Below are positions 27,384 through 35,996 of a stretch of 53,784 nt of DNA, one piece after another. The position numbers and the translations under genes are program-made. Source of the DNA: Deltaproteobacteria bacterium. GTDB taxonomy: Bacteria; Myxococcota_A; UBA796; UBA9615. The stretch is from positions 1 through 53,784 of the forward strand of contig PBPL01000213.1 in assembly GCA_002724675.1 (NCBI GenBank), given 5' to 3'. Position 1 is the stretch's first letter. Every line of letters starts with the position of its first letter. Under the pieces are notes generated by a model. It was not told the origin of the DNA. It did not search any database and saw only the letters and a list, made by a program, of their open reading frames with translations.

Positions 27384-28955
27384 GTGCGCCATCCGATTCC
27401 CCTCCTCGTCTTATCCTGGGCCTTCTGCTCGTCACTCGGTGTGGGCTGCTCCCCCAGCCCCATAGACCAGAGCCCCCCATCACTTCGCTTTCTCCGTGAC
27501 GCGGTGCTGGTTCCCGGTGCAGAGGAGGGTCCACAAGTCGTCGAGCGGGAATGGAATGCTGGTGAGACGATAACCATGGACGGCTATACGGCCACCGCCC
27601 CCCGCCACCCAGAGTGTGTGCCCCTCTTCCAGGTGCCTCTGGGGGATGTCTCTCGCGTCGTCTCCATGGGCGGCACGGCCCCGGACACCGCGCTGGCCTG
27701 GTCACCAGACGAGCGCCTGCTCGCTGTAGGCAGTTACCGCGGTGAGGTGGTGGTGGTCGATGGAACCGACGGCACCATCCTGGCTCGGCGACGACTGGCT
27801 GAGACTATGGTCAAGCAAGTGGCATGGGCTGCAGACGGTCAAACTCTATACGCCACCGAGCAGTCCCCCGATGCCTTCTTGCACGCGCTCGATCCCGAAC
27901 ACTTAGGTTCGCGATGGACGGTTCGCTTGGCCGACGAGGTGGGGAGTTCCCCAGCTCCCGACGGGCAGGATGTCTTCGGCGTGTACACGCTCCCCACGGC
28001 CTACCAGCTTGCGGTACTGGAGGCAGGCGACCTCTTGGTCGGTGCAGCGCACGGATGGACTGACAAACACGGAGTCCGCCAGAACCTCTCCCGCCTGCTG
28101 CGATTCGGCCCCGACGGAACCGTTCGCGCCGCCTGGCCGAGCCAGGCGCTGGACGCAACCCTCATGCACTTTGCCATCGACGAGGCCGGCGACATGCTGG
28201 CGGTAGTCGTTGGCCGCACAGCCCATGGAGAGGCTCCTCCTGGACTCCCCATTGGCGGCCTGCAGTTGTTGAGCTTGGAGCAGTTGACGCCACTTCGTGC
28301 GTTGCCCATCGCCCCGCTGCCACCACACTTCAAGTCCACATTCATCTGGGAGGCTGTTGGCCTATCCGTAGCCAACGACCTCGTCATCGCCGGGATGGGG
28401 GACGGTCGTCTGATCGCCCAAGACCTCGCCGGCAAACCGAAGTGGCAGGTGGATCTAGGCACCCCACTGTCTTCGAGCACAGCCCCCATCTCCGCCTCCA
28501 TTGGCTTCGGCCTGCTTCGAGGGGATCAGTTCGTAGTCCACACATCTGGCACCAATGTGCCCTACGGCTCCTCCTCTCCAGCTGCACGGCCACCGTCGCC
28601 ACACCCCGGAGACAACACACTGTCCGTGTACGACGTGTCCGGCGCCCTCCAGTGGGCTCATCGCGGCATCGAGCAGTTGAATGGACTGGTCATGGGGGCG
28701 GATGGACGCACCCTGGTGGTAGGGACCACAGCGCGCCCCGATGACGGCAGAGAAGACCTCTTTGGAGCCGCGCTGTTCGACCTCGACCGCGAGCAGGCTG
28801 GAACCAAGGAGCGCATCGTCACGTGTCGCACGGAAGGACCGGTGTTCTTTCGCCCGAGCCTGAGCTCAGACGGTCGCCTCGCCCTCGCCGAACACCCATA
28901 CAGGCGGGCAGACGGAACTCTGAGTGGCACCTACCAGGTGACGGTGATGCGCTGA
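27384..28955 (+). CDS. Lipoprotein with WD40/PQQ-like beta-propeller repeats
   Basis: The GTG start lies 2 nt after the upstream stop. The N-terminus MRHPIPLLVLSWAFCSSLGVGC carries a lipobox. Repeats such as ALAWSPDERLLAVGSYRGEVVVVDGTDGTIL and VKQVAWAADGQTLYATE resemble WD40/YVTN blades. Confidence 0.7.
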   Translation: MRHPIPLLVLSWAFCSSLGVGCSPSPIDQSPPSLRFLRDAVLVPGAEEGPQVVEREWNAGETITMDGYTATAPRHPECVPLFQVPLGDVSRVVSMGGTAPDTALAWSPDERLLAVGSYRGEVVVVDGTDGTILARRRLAETMVKQVAWAADGQTLYATEQSPDAFLHALDPEHLGSRWTVRLADEVGSSPAPDGQDVFGVYTLPTAYQLAVLEAGDLLVGAAHGWTDKHGVRQNLSRLLRFGPDGTVRAAWPSQALDATLMHFAIDEAGDMLAVVVGRTAHGEAPPGLPIGGLQLLSLEQLTPLRALPIAPLPPHFKSTFIWEAVGLSVANDLVIAGMGDGRLIAQDLAGKPKWQVDLGTPLSSSTAPISASIGFGLLRGDQFVVHTSGTNVPYGSSSPAARPPSPHPGDNTLSVYDVSGALQWAHRGIEQLNGLVMGADGRTLVVGTTARPDDGREDLFGAALFDLDREQAGTKERIVTCRTEGPVFFRPSLSSDGRLALAEHPYRRADGTLSGTYQVTVMR

Positions 28956-30757
28956 TGACACACCTGCGCATCCGGATTGTGAGCTTGTGTTGGGCCTGGG
29001 CCCTAGCACTGGCCTGCGGCTGCGCTGACGAGCCCATGAGTCTCGAGGCAGACCCCGTCCCCGAGGGGCTGGACCTCAACGCAAGCCACGCCATGGAACG
29101 AATCGAGGTGCTAGCCGCTGACGGGAGCCCTGTCGCGTCCTTCCAACCGCCAGTGCCGCGGGCCAAAGTCCACTTCCCGGTACCTCTCGACCCGGGGGAG
29201 CGCTATAGGGTCGTCGGCCACTCTCGCCATGGCACCGCGCACACGATGGTGGCGGTGGTACGGGAACAAGAACAACTAGCAGTGGCCGTCGAGGCTCCCC
29301 TAGGACAGGTGGTGCGCAGGGTGAAGGACGGCCAGGTCCTCGAGTACCCCATTGTCGAGGGCAACCCCGCACAGGGCTTGCTGCTCCTCACCGCATCGAG
29401 CCCTCTGGAGGGAACTGTGTACCTGGGGCACGGGGGGGAAGGGGCCGACACAGCCGTCCCGCTCGTGTGGACAGCCAGCGGAGATCGACGGGTCGTGCCG
29501 CTCCCGTTGCCGGACAGTGGCGAGCAGTTCGTCCGAATCGCGGCAGGACAAGAACTGCTACGCATCACTCTTCGAGCGCGAACCACGACACTCGCAGAAG
29601 CCCAGCAGGCTCTGAAGATCACCGACATCGCCTTCCCGGCTGCATCGGACGGCCTGCCCGACGTGGGCCGCGAAGCCAGTCGGATCACGCTGCCATCGCG
29701 CCTCTGGGATCAGGTGCTACGCAAGACGGGTCTTGGCGCCCGAGCCAGAGCCGTGGAGCTTCCGTGGGCCTATCTCGGCGTCGAGCTCCAAAACAGTGGG
29801 GACCGCGCAATCTCGGTCCTGCTGGCTTCCCGCGTTGTGGACGGCTCAGGCCAAGACGCGCCGGCATTCCGCCCCAACCTGCGCAAGTACGACAGCGACA
29901 CCGGAGTGGTCACAGTTCTCCTGCGTGTTCCTCCCGGGCAGCGAGCGCGGGGGGCATTGCCCTTGTTTGTCGACCCTGGAGAGCTGGGCCATGGAGCATT
30001 AGAGTTCGAGCGGATCCTCGAGGTCACCCCGCTCGGCAGCAACGAGCCTCTGCTCGTGCGCAGGCAGGACCTCGTGGTGGACCAAGGCAACCCACTGGCC
30101 ACCTTCGGTTTCCTAGCTGTCGTCCTCGCCGCGCTTGTGGGCCTCGGGTTGGTGACACTCCGAGGGCCTGGGTGGCTTGGCAGCCAAGCTACCTCGACCC
30201 TGATGACTGTGGCCCTATTTGGCAACTTGATCTTTGTTCTGGCGGCTGCCTCGCACCTCGTGGGTATGGGGTTCGGGGCCTTCCTGGGTCCTTTCTCGTC
30301 CCTAGTAACAGGCCTACTGGATGAAGCGTTCCGCTTCGCACTCCTGGCAACATTGATCACCCTGCTGCCAGCACCCGGAATCGTCACCCTGACACTCGTC
30401 GTCAGTGCCCTGATGCGTGGCATCGCCCTCGGGGCCTTCACCCCCGGAGACCTGCTCGTCCTGTGCTCCTCGGTCGTTTGGCTGGAGGCCAGCCTCTGGC
30501 TCGTGGGGATCACTCGGGGAACCCGTTGGCGTGACGAAGGCCGCGTTCTTCGCTGGGCCCGCTTGTCCGTGGGCTTCGGGCTCGCGTCTGTTGCCAACGC
30601 TCTGTCGGGTCTTGCGGCCGCTGCCATCTTGTATCGCCTCTACTTTGCGACCTGGTATGTCCTGCTCATCGCTGGTGTGCCTGGCTTCCTGTACGTCCTG
30701 CTCGCCTGCTGGATGGCCACCGGCTTTGCAGCCTCGCTCCGAGAGGTGGAGGCATGA
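28955..30757 (+). CDS. Fusion: N-terminal lipoprotein/extracytoplasmic domain (~390 aa) + C-terminal 6-7 TM domain (putative ECF S-component)
   Basis: The ATG at 28955 overlaps the upstream TGA (TGATG). The N-terminus MTHLRIRIVSLCWAWALALACGC carries a lipobox. The C-terminal ~215 aa form successive hydrophobic helices (FGFLAVVLAALVGLGLVTL, LMTVALFGNLIFVLAAASHLV, FALLATLITLLPAPGIVTLTLVV, LLVLCSSVVWLEASLWLVGI, LSVGFGLASVANALSGLAAAAIL, WYVLLIAGVPGFLYVLLACWMATGF). The S-component role is inferred from its position directly before ecfA/ecfT. Confidence 0.65.
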   Translation: MTHLRIRIVSLCWAWALALACGCADEPMSLEADPVPEGLDLNASHAMERIEVLAADGSPVASFQPPVPRAKVHFPVPLDPGERYRVVGHSRHGTAHTMVAVVREQEQLAVAVEAPLGQVVRRVKDGQVLEYPIVEGNPAQGLLLLTASSPLEGTVYLGHGGEGADTAVPLVWTASGDRRVVPLPLPDSGEQFVRIAAGQELLRITLRARTTTLAEAQQALKITDIAFPAASDGLPDVGREASRITLPSRLWDQVLRKTGLGARARAVELPWAYLGVELQNSGDRAISVLLASRVVDGSGQDAPAFRPNLRKYDSDTGVVTVLLRVPPGQRARGALPLFVDPGELGHGALEFERILEVTPLGSNEPLLVRRQDLVVDQGNPLATFGFLAVVLAALVGLGLVTLRGPGWLGSQATSTLMTVALFGNLIFVLAAASHLVGMGFGAFLGPFSSLVTGLLDEAFRFALLATLITLLPAPGIVTLTLVVSALMRGIALGAFTPGDLLVLCSSVVWLEASLWLVGITRGTRWRDEGRVLRWARLSVGFGLASVANALSGLAAAAILYRLYFATWYVLLIAGVPGFLYVLLACWMATGFAASLREVEA

Positions 30758-32364
30758 CCAGCCCCACCCTCCAGATCGCTGGGCTCTCGTACCGGTACCC
30801 CAGTGGCAGTGCACCCGCTGTAGGTCCTCTGGACCTCGAGGTGAGCCGCGGAGAAGTCCTACTGGTCTCGGGGCCGACGGGCTGCGGAAAGTCCACGCTA
30901 GCTCGACTGATCGCCGGCCTGGTCCAACGTCACGGCCGCGGGGAGCTTCACGGCTCGGTTCTGCTGGATGGTGCCGATCCATCCCTGCTGCCCAGGCCAG
31001 AGATGCCGAGTCGACTTGGCTTCGTCTCCCAGGATCCGTCGGACCAGATCGTGGCAGCCACCATTGGCGATGAGATCGCCTTTGGTCTCGAGTCCTCGGG
31101 TTGGGAGCGGGGAGCCCTGGTCGCGCGAGTAGAGGAGATCATCCACAAGCTAGGCCTGCCCGCTGACCCCGAGCGGTCTTCTCGGGCGCTCTCGGGTGGC
31201 CAGAAGCAGCGCCTCGTCGTCGGCGCGGCCGTGGCTGCCGGCGCTCGCGTGCTGGTCCTGGACGAGCCCTTATCGCAGCTCGATCCTGCAGCAGGAAGAG
31301 ACCTGCTGGAACGCCTCCGCCGCGCCGCAGACGGAGGGATGGTGGTCGTCCTCGTCGAGCACCGCATCGAGAGTTGCCTGCCCTACTGCGACCGCGTGCT
31401 CCTATTGGACCAGGGACAGGCGGCGTTCCTAGGTCCCCGGTCCCAGTTGCCCACCGAGACGCTCAGAAAGCTCGGTCTGGCCGTCCCGGCCATGGACGAT
31501 CTGCAAGACCGCCTAGAGTGTGCGCCAGACGACCTGCCCCAGGCCTTGCTGGAGCTGCTGCAAAGGCCAAGAGTGGCCCACACAGCCTCCACCGAGCCCG
31601 AGAGAGTCTTCCTCCAGACAATAGAGCCCCTGAGCTACAGCTACGGCTCAAATGACAGCGGCCACCAAGCCCTTCAGGGGGTCGACCTGTGCCTCAAAGC
31701 TGGTGACCGCGTCGCCATCCTGGGCGCCAATGGCTCCGGGAAGTCGACCTTGCTTTCGTTGTTGGCCGGCCACCTGCCCGCCAGCTTGAACAGCACGGGC
31801 CGGATCCTCCACGTGCCCCAAGACCCGGACCTGACACTCTTCTGTGCCAGCGTCGAGGAAGAGCTGGCCTACGGTCCCATGGAGTGGGGACTAGACCCCG
31901 CAGCCTGCCAGCAGCGAGCCCTCCGAGCCGCACGTGCACTGTCCCTAGAGCCCTTACTGCATCGACCGCCTCAGGCCTTGTCCCGCGGACAGAGAGTCAG
32001 AACTGCCGTCGCAGCAGCACTGACGTGCCAGCCCACCGTATTGCTGGTCGATGAGCCCACCTCTGGCCAGGACGGGAGCCACGTCGCCGGAATGATGGAC
32101 ACGATCACGGAGGAACTCGCGAACGGCTCGCTAGTCTTCGCCACCCACGATGTGGATGTCGCTCTCCGCTACAGCACTCGGGTGCTGGTGCTTCACGAAG
32201 GCCGACAGGTACTCGCAGGTCCGCCCAGCAGAATCCTGTTCGACCTTCCCCCCGAGTTGCCTCTGCTGCTTCCCCCCCTGGCCCGCTGGTGCGAAGAGCA
32301 CGAGGTCCCCTATGCCAGCGTCCAAGAGCTCAACGATCGATGCAGTTCTGGGGGCCAACCGTGA
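30754..32364 (+). CDS. ecfA: Fused tandem ABC ATPase of an ECF transporter (EcfA-EcfA'/CbiO-like)
   Basis: There are two ABC cassettes. The first has GPTGCGKST, LSGGQKQRL and VLVLDEP. The second has GANGSGKST, LSRGQRVR and VLLVDEP. It has an ATGA overlap with the upstream gene. Confidence 0.9.
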   Translation: MTSPTLQIAGLSYRYPSGSAPAVGPLDLEVSRGEVLLVSGPTGCGKSTLARLIAGLVQRHGRGELHGSVLLDGADPSLLPRPEMPSRLGFVSQDPSDQIVAATIGDEIAFGLESSGWERGALVARVEEIIHKLGLPADPERSSRALSGGQKQRLVVGAAVAAGARVLVLDEPLSQLDPAAGRDLLERLRRAADGGMVVVLVEHRIESCLPYCDRVLLLDQGQAAFLGPRSQLPTETLRKLGLAVPAMDDLQDRLECAPDDLPQALLELLQRPRVAHTASTEPERVFLQTIEPLSYSYGSNDSGHQALQGVDLCLKAGDRVAILGANGSGKSTLLSLLAGHLPASLNSTGRILHVPQDPDLTLFCASVEEELAYGPMEWGLDPAACQQRALRAARALSLEPLLHRPPQALSRGQRVRTAVAAALTCQPTVLLVDEPTSGQDGSHVAGMMDTITEELANGSLVFATHDVDVALRYSTRVLVLHEGRQVLAGPPSRILFDLPPELPLLLPPLARWCEEHEVPYASVQELNDRCSSGGQP

Positions 32365-33200
32365 CCGCCGCTGGAGCCAGACGACACCCGACGAGCAAGC
32401 TGGACCCTCGTACGAAGCTGGGGCTGCTGATCTGCGCAGGAGTGCTCGCTCTCGTGCTGGAGCAACCAGCTTCACTGGGCGTTCTCTCCCTCGCATGCGG
32501 ACTCCCCCTGCTTCTCCTCCCCATGTCCTGGTCCTGGCGAGTGCGAGCGTTGGCTGCCACCGCTGCCGTGATCTGGGCTACGACCTTGTCCCAGGCGCTC
32601 TTCTTCGCGGATCTCCCCAGGACGGAACTCTTTCGCCTAGGCCCCCTATCCATCTGGTCGGAGGGCATCAGCTATGGACTTGTTCAGTCGCTCCGCTTCG
32701 TCGCCGTCACGATGGGGGGGATTGCCCTGGCTGCCAGCACGCCACTGGACAGAATGCTCGCAGCGCTCGTGCGACTACGGGTTCCCTATACGCTCGCATT
32801 CCTAGCAGTCACTGGGCTTCGGTTTGTCCCAGAGGTGGGCCAAGAGGTTCTGACCGTGCGTCGAGCCCGAGCCCGGCGTGGCCGGCCTGCCCACAAGCGG
32901 CCCCCATGGAAGTGGTTGGCTCTAGAGGTCTCGATGCTGCGACCGGTCGTGGCGCGTTCGGTCCGGCGCGCGCGCTCCATGGCCGAGTCCCTAGACGTCC
33001 GTGGCTTCGATGCGGCGGCACCTCGAGCGGTCCGACATCCCCTCTCCATGAGCCGCTGGGAGGTGGCCCTGGTCGTTTGTTGCGCCCTCATCACACTTGC
33101 GGCTCTGGGTGCTCGGCTGCTGTACCTGGCCTACCTGGCCGATCTGGTCTACGTCCCCTCTCTCAGACATCTGTATGGCTTTGTGCGGGTATGGCTCTAG
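32361..33200 (+). CDS. ecfT: ECF transporter transmembrane (T) component, EcfT/CbiQ family
   Basis: Motifs are KLDPRTKLGLLI, a multi-TM body, RRARARRG and AESLDVRGFD (the CbiQ/EcfT coupling-helix Arg motifs). The start is either GTG 32361 (GTGA overlap with the ecfA stop) or ATG 32340. Confidence 0.8.
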   Translation: MTAAGARRHPTSKLDPRTKLGLLICAGVLALVLEQPASLGVLSLACGLPLLLLPMSWSWRVRALAATAAVIWATTLSQALFFADLPRTELFRLGPLSIWSEGISYGLVQSLRFVAVTMGGIALAASTPLDRMLAALVRLRVPYTLAFLAVTGLRFVPEVGQEVLTVRRARARRGRPAHKRPPWKWLALEVSMLRPVVARSVRRARSMAESLDVRGFDAAAPRAVRHPLSMSRWEVALVVCCALITLAALGARLLYLAYLADLVYVPSLRHLYGFVRVWL

Positions 33201-33243
33201 TGAGAGCCACCACAACCAAGGCTTGGCTCGGTATTCTCCTCCC

Positions 33244-33708
33244 ATGGCAACGACTAGCCTTCAACAAGAGTATGGGGCCAAGGGCATCTGCTTTGGCTGC
33301 GGGCCTTCGAACGAGAAAGGGCTGCGCATCAACAGCTTTCCCGATGGCGACCAAGTCATCTGCCAATGGGACCCAGAGCAACACCATCAGGCCTTTCCGG
33401 GGATGCTCAATGGCGGGATCATCGGTGCACTGCTGGACTGCCACAGCAACTGGGCGGCCGCCTGGGCACTCATGAACGACCAAGGGCTCGATGAACCCCC
33501 CTGTACCGTGACTGCCAGTTTCTCAGTGCGCCTGCGTCGGCCCACCCCAGCCGACCAAACCGTCCACCTTCGAGCCTGGACGACTGAGATCAACGGGAAC
33601 AAGGCTGTGGTGGAATCCGAACTGTCCTGCGCCGGAAAAGTCTGTGCCACCTGCACTGGCACCTTCGTCGCTGTGGGGGCGGATCATCCGGCCTACCATC
33701 GCTGGTAG
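33244..33708 (+). CDS. PaaI-family (hotdog-fold) thioesterase
   Basis: The start was moved to ATG 33244 (MATTSLQQEYG...). Motifs are CFGCGPSN, GMLNGGIIGALLDCHSNWAA and ...GKVCATCTGTFVAV, typical of PaaI/DUF4442-type hotdog proteins. Confidence 0.7.
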   Translation: MATTSLQQEYGAKGICFGCGPSNEKGLRINSFPDGDQVICQWDPEQHHQAFPGMLNGGIIGALLDCHSNWAAAWALMNDQGLDEPPCTVTASFSVRLRRPTPADQTVHLRAWTTEINGNKAVVESELSCAGKVCATCTGTFVAVGADHPAYHRW

Positions 33709-33739
33709 CGGCAACTCGCTAATGAATAGTGAACCCATT

Positions 33740-34672
33740 ATGAGCCGCCAGCACACCCCCATTGGGTGGTTCCCGCCCAGGACCAACACATCCTTCGCTG
33801 CGCTCCTTTGGATAGTCCTCATCCTGGCTGGGTGTAGTGCCCACGAAGAGACCTGCTCCAGGGACGAGGACTGCCGCGAGGACTCCGTGTGCAACCTGGA
33901 GCGCAACATCTGCGTTGCTGTAGAGGCTCCCGACGACGACACCGAAGGAGCTGGCGAGCCGATCCCAGGTGACGACGACGACTCGGCAGAGAGCGACGAC
34001 GATGACTCGGCAGGAAGCGGCGAGATCCTTCCCGAGGAACAGGGCAGCCTCAAGACCACCAACTCCGTAGGTAGGAGCGGCTCGTACTTCCTGCCCGCCC
34101 GGGCCGCGGGCGAGCCCCTCGCTCTCCTGGCCGGCTACCACGCCACCGGGGGTGCAGGAAGTGGCTTCCTCAGCACCTTCGTGGATCTGGCTCGCACCCA
34201 CGGATTTGCCATCGTTGCGCCAGACTCACGCATCTCTCCCGATGGCCAGTACACGTGGGAGGTCGGCAATCTAGCGAACGAAGTTACGCCCGACTACAGC
34301 CACATGCTCGCATGCATTGACGAGCTGACGGCACGCCCGGATGCCACCTTGGGTGACGGGCGCATTCTGGCCGCAGGCCACTCGGGCGGGGCTAGCTCAG
34401 CCCCGTACATTGCCACCAATGAGGACCGCTTCCAGGCCTTTGCTGTGCTCCACGGCGGGGTCATCGCAGGCGGCATTGGCGAGCACCTCATTCCAGGATG
34501 GTTCTCCACCGGAGAGAACGACACGATTCGCTCGCCCGAGCACCTACAGGAACAAATGGACTACATGACTGCCCTGGGCTTCAGCGACTTGGAGCTTCAC
34601 ATCTATCCGGGCGGCCACGGGATCTCGGACCAGGAGGCCAGCGAAATGGTGGCCTGGTGGCTTGCCCTTTGA
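33740..34672 (+). CDS. Lipoprotein alpha/beta-hydrolase (carboxylesterase / PHB-depolymerase-like) with poly-Asp linker
   Basis: Lipobox LILAGC is present. The linker reads DDDTEGAGEPIPGDDDDSAESDDDDSAGSG. The nucleophile elbow is AAGHSGGAS, followed by GENDTI...IYPGGHGIS (Asp/His region). The start is ATG 33740 or 33722. Confidence 0.7.
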   Translation: MSRQHTPIGWFPPRTNTSFAALLWIVLILAGCSAHEETCSRDEDCREDSVCNLERNICVAVEAPDDDTEGAGEPIPGDDDDSAESDDDDSAGSGEILPEEQGSLKTTNSVGRSGSYFLPARAAGEPLALLAGYHATGGAGSGFLSTFVDLARTHGFAIVAPDSRISPDGQYTWEVGNLANEVTPDYSHMLACIDELTARPDATLGDGRILAAGHSGGASSAPYIATNEDRFQAFAVLHGGVIAGGIGEHLIPGWFSTGENDTIRSPEHLQEQMDYMTALGFSDLELHIYPGGHGISDQEASEMVAWWLAL

Positions 34673-34682
34673 GGAGTGCACC

Positions 34683-35114
34683 ATGACGCAGGACAAAAAA
34701 CCATTCATGGTCGCCGTGGAGATTCCTGTGTCGTGGGGGGATTTGGATGCTTTCCAGCACGTAAACAACACCGTCTACTTTCAGTGGTTCGAGACAGCCC
34801 GCATTCGCTATTTCGAGGAGATCGGATTCCTGGACCATCTGAAGGCCACCGGTGTGGGACCGATCTTGGCCGAGACGAGCTGCAAGTTTCGGCTCCCCCT
34901 GACCTATCCCGACACCGTTACGGCCTCGGCCCAAGCCATGGACCTGGGGCACGACCGGTTCACCATGCGTTATCGGGTCCACAGTGCTGAACACGGCCGC
35001 CTAGCGGCGGAGGGTGAGGGCCGGATCGTCTGTTTTGACTACCGAGGAAACAACAAGGCTCCCCTGCCCGACCCAATCCGAAAGGCCATCGAGACGCTGG
35101 AAGCCAGACGGTGA
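34683..35114 (+). CDS. Acyl-CoA thioesterase, 4HBT/YbgC-like hotdog fold
   Basis: SD GAGGAG lies 6 nt before ATG 34683. The motif VSWGDLDAFQHVNNTVYFQWFETARIRYFEEIG is characteristic of YbgC/4HBT thioesterases. Confidence 0.8.
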   Translation: MTQDKKPFMVAVEIPVSWGDLDAFQHVNNTVYFQWFETARIRYFEEIGFLDHLKATGVGPILAETSCKFRLPLTYPDTVTASAQAMDLGHDRFTMRYRVHSAEHGRLAAEGEGRIVCFDYRGNNKAPLPDPIRKAIETLEARR

Positions 35115-35995
35115 CCCGCTGGCTACTCCCCCTGGTCCCCCTCATGGGGGCGGCCCTTGTGCTGAGCTGCGCTGGGCCCTCCTCGACGCCGACAACAGAG
35201 ACAGCGACAACAGCGCTCACGTCCACAGCGCCTGCGAGTGGCGCCCCCGCTCGAGGAAGCAAGGAGCCAGCGCCATCCGACCGCCACACCGCGGTCCCAC
35301 CATCCCACGGCAGCGAAGAGCTGCGGGTGCTCTTCGTTGGCAATAGCTATACGTCCTCACACGACCTTCCGGTGCTGGTCAAGCAGATCGCCGAAGCATC
35401 CCAACCGCCGCCAACCATCCACACTCAGATGGTTTCCTTCCCCGGCTACAGCCTCGAACAACACTGGGAGCGAGGAGAGGCTCTGAAGACCATTCAGGAA
35501 AGCGCCTGGGACGTCGTGGTTCTTCAGGACCACAGCCTCCAGTCGATAGCAGCACCCGAGGCCTTGTTCCAGGCTAGCCAGAGCTTTGCGGAAGCCATCA
35601 AAGGCACCGGGGCTCGGGTCTTGTTCTTTGTCACGTGGGCCCGCCGAGATGTCCCTTCCATGCAAGACGGAATCACACTCGCCTACTCCCGGGCTGCCAG
35701 GCGGGCCGAAGGACACTTGGCCCCAGTCGGCCCAGCCTGGCGCTACGCCCGTGACCACCTCCCACACATTGCCCTCCACGATGAAGACGGAAGCCATCCG
35801 ACAACAGCGGGCACCTACTTGGCGGCGTGTGTGTTCTACTCCACCTTGTTCGGGCGTCCCCCGAACGGCGCTGAACAGCTGGGCTTCGGCGATCTATCCG
35901 AGGCTGAGCTGACTAGCCTTCAGAGCGCAGCGTGGACTGTCGTAGCATCGCGAACTGGAACCGACGGCGCCCCGCCCAACGAGACCGGTCGCTGA
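35111..35995 (+). CDS. SGNH/GDSL-like hydrolase lipoprotein
   Basis: It has a GTGA overlap with the upstream stop and lipobox ALVLSC. Block I-like VLFVGNSYT and block V-like EDGSHPT are present. Confidence 0.6.
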   Translation: MTRWLLPLVPLMGAALVLSCAGPSSTPTTETATTALTSTAPASGAPARGSKEPAPSDRHTAVPPSHGSEELRVLFVGNSYTSSHDLPVLVKQIAEASQPPPTIHTQMVSFPGYSLEQHWERGEALKTIQESAWDVVVLQDHSLQSIAAPEALFQASQSFAEAIKGTGARVLFFVTWARRDVPSMQDGITLAYSRAARRAEGHLAPVGPAWRYARDHLPHIALHDEDGSHPTTAGTYLAACVFYSTLFGRPPNGAEQLGFGDLSEAELTSLQSAAWTVVASRTGTDGAPPNETGR

Positions 35996-35996
35996 C

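Noticed and set aside
32150-33475. 441-aa plus-strand ORF spanning the ecfA/ecfT junction
   Set aside because: It is in a different frame from both well-supported genes (Walker/ABC signature motifs and CbiQ motifs). The product is Arg/Pro/Gly/Ser-rich low complexity, so it is a shadow ORF.
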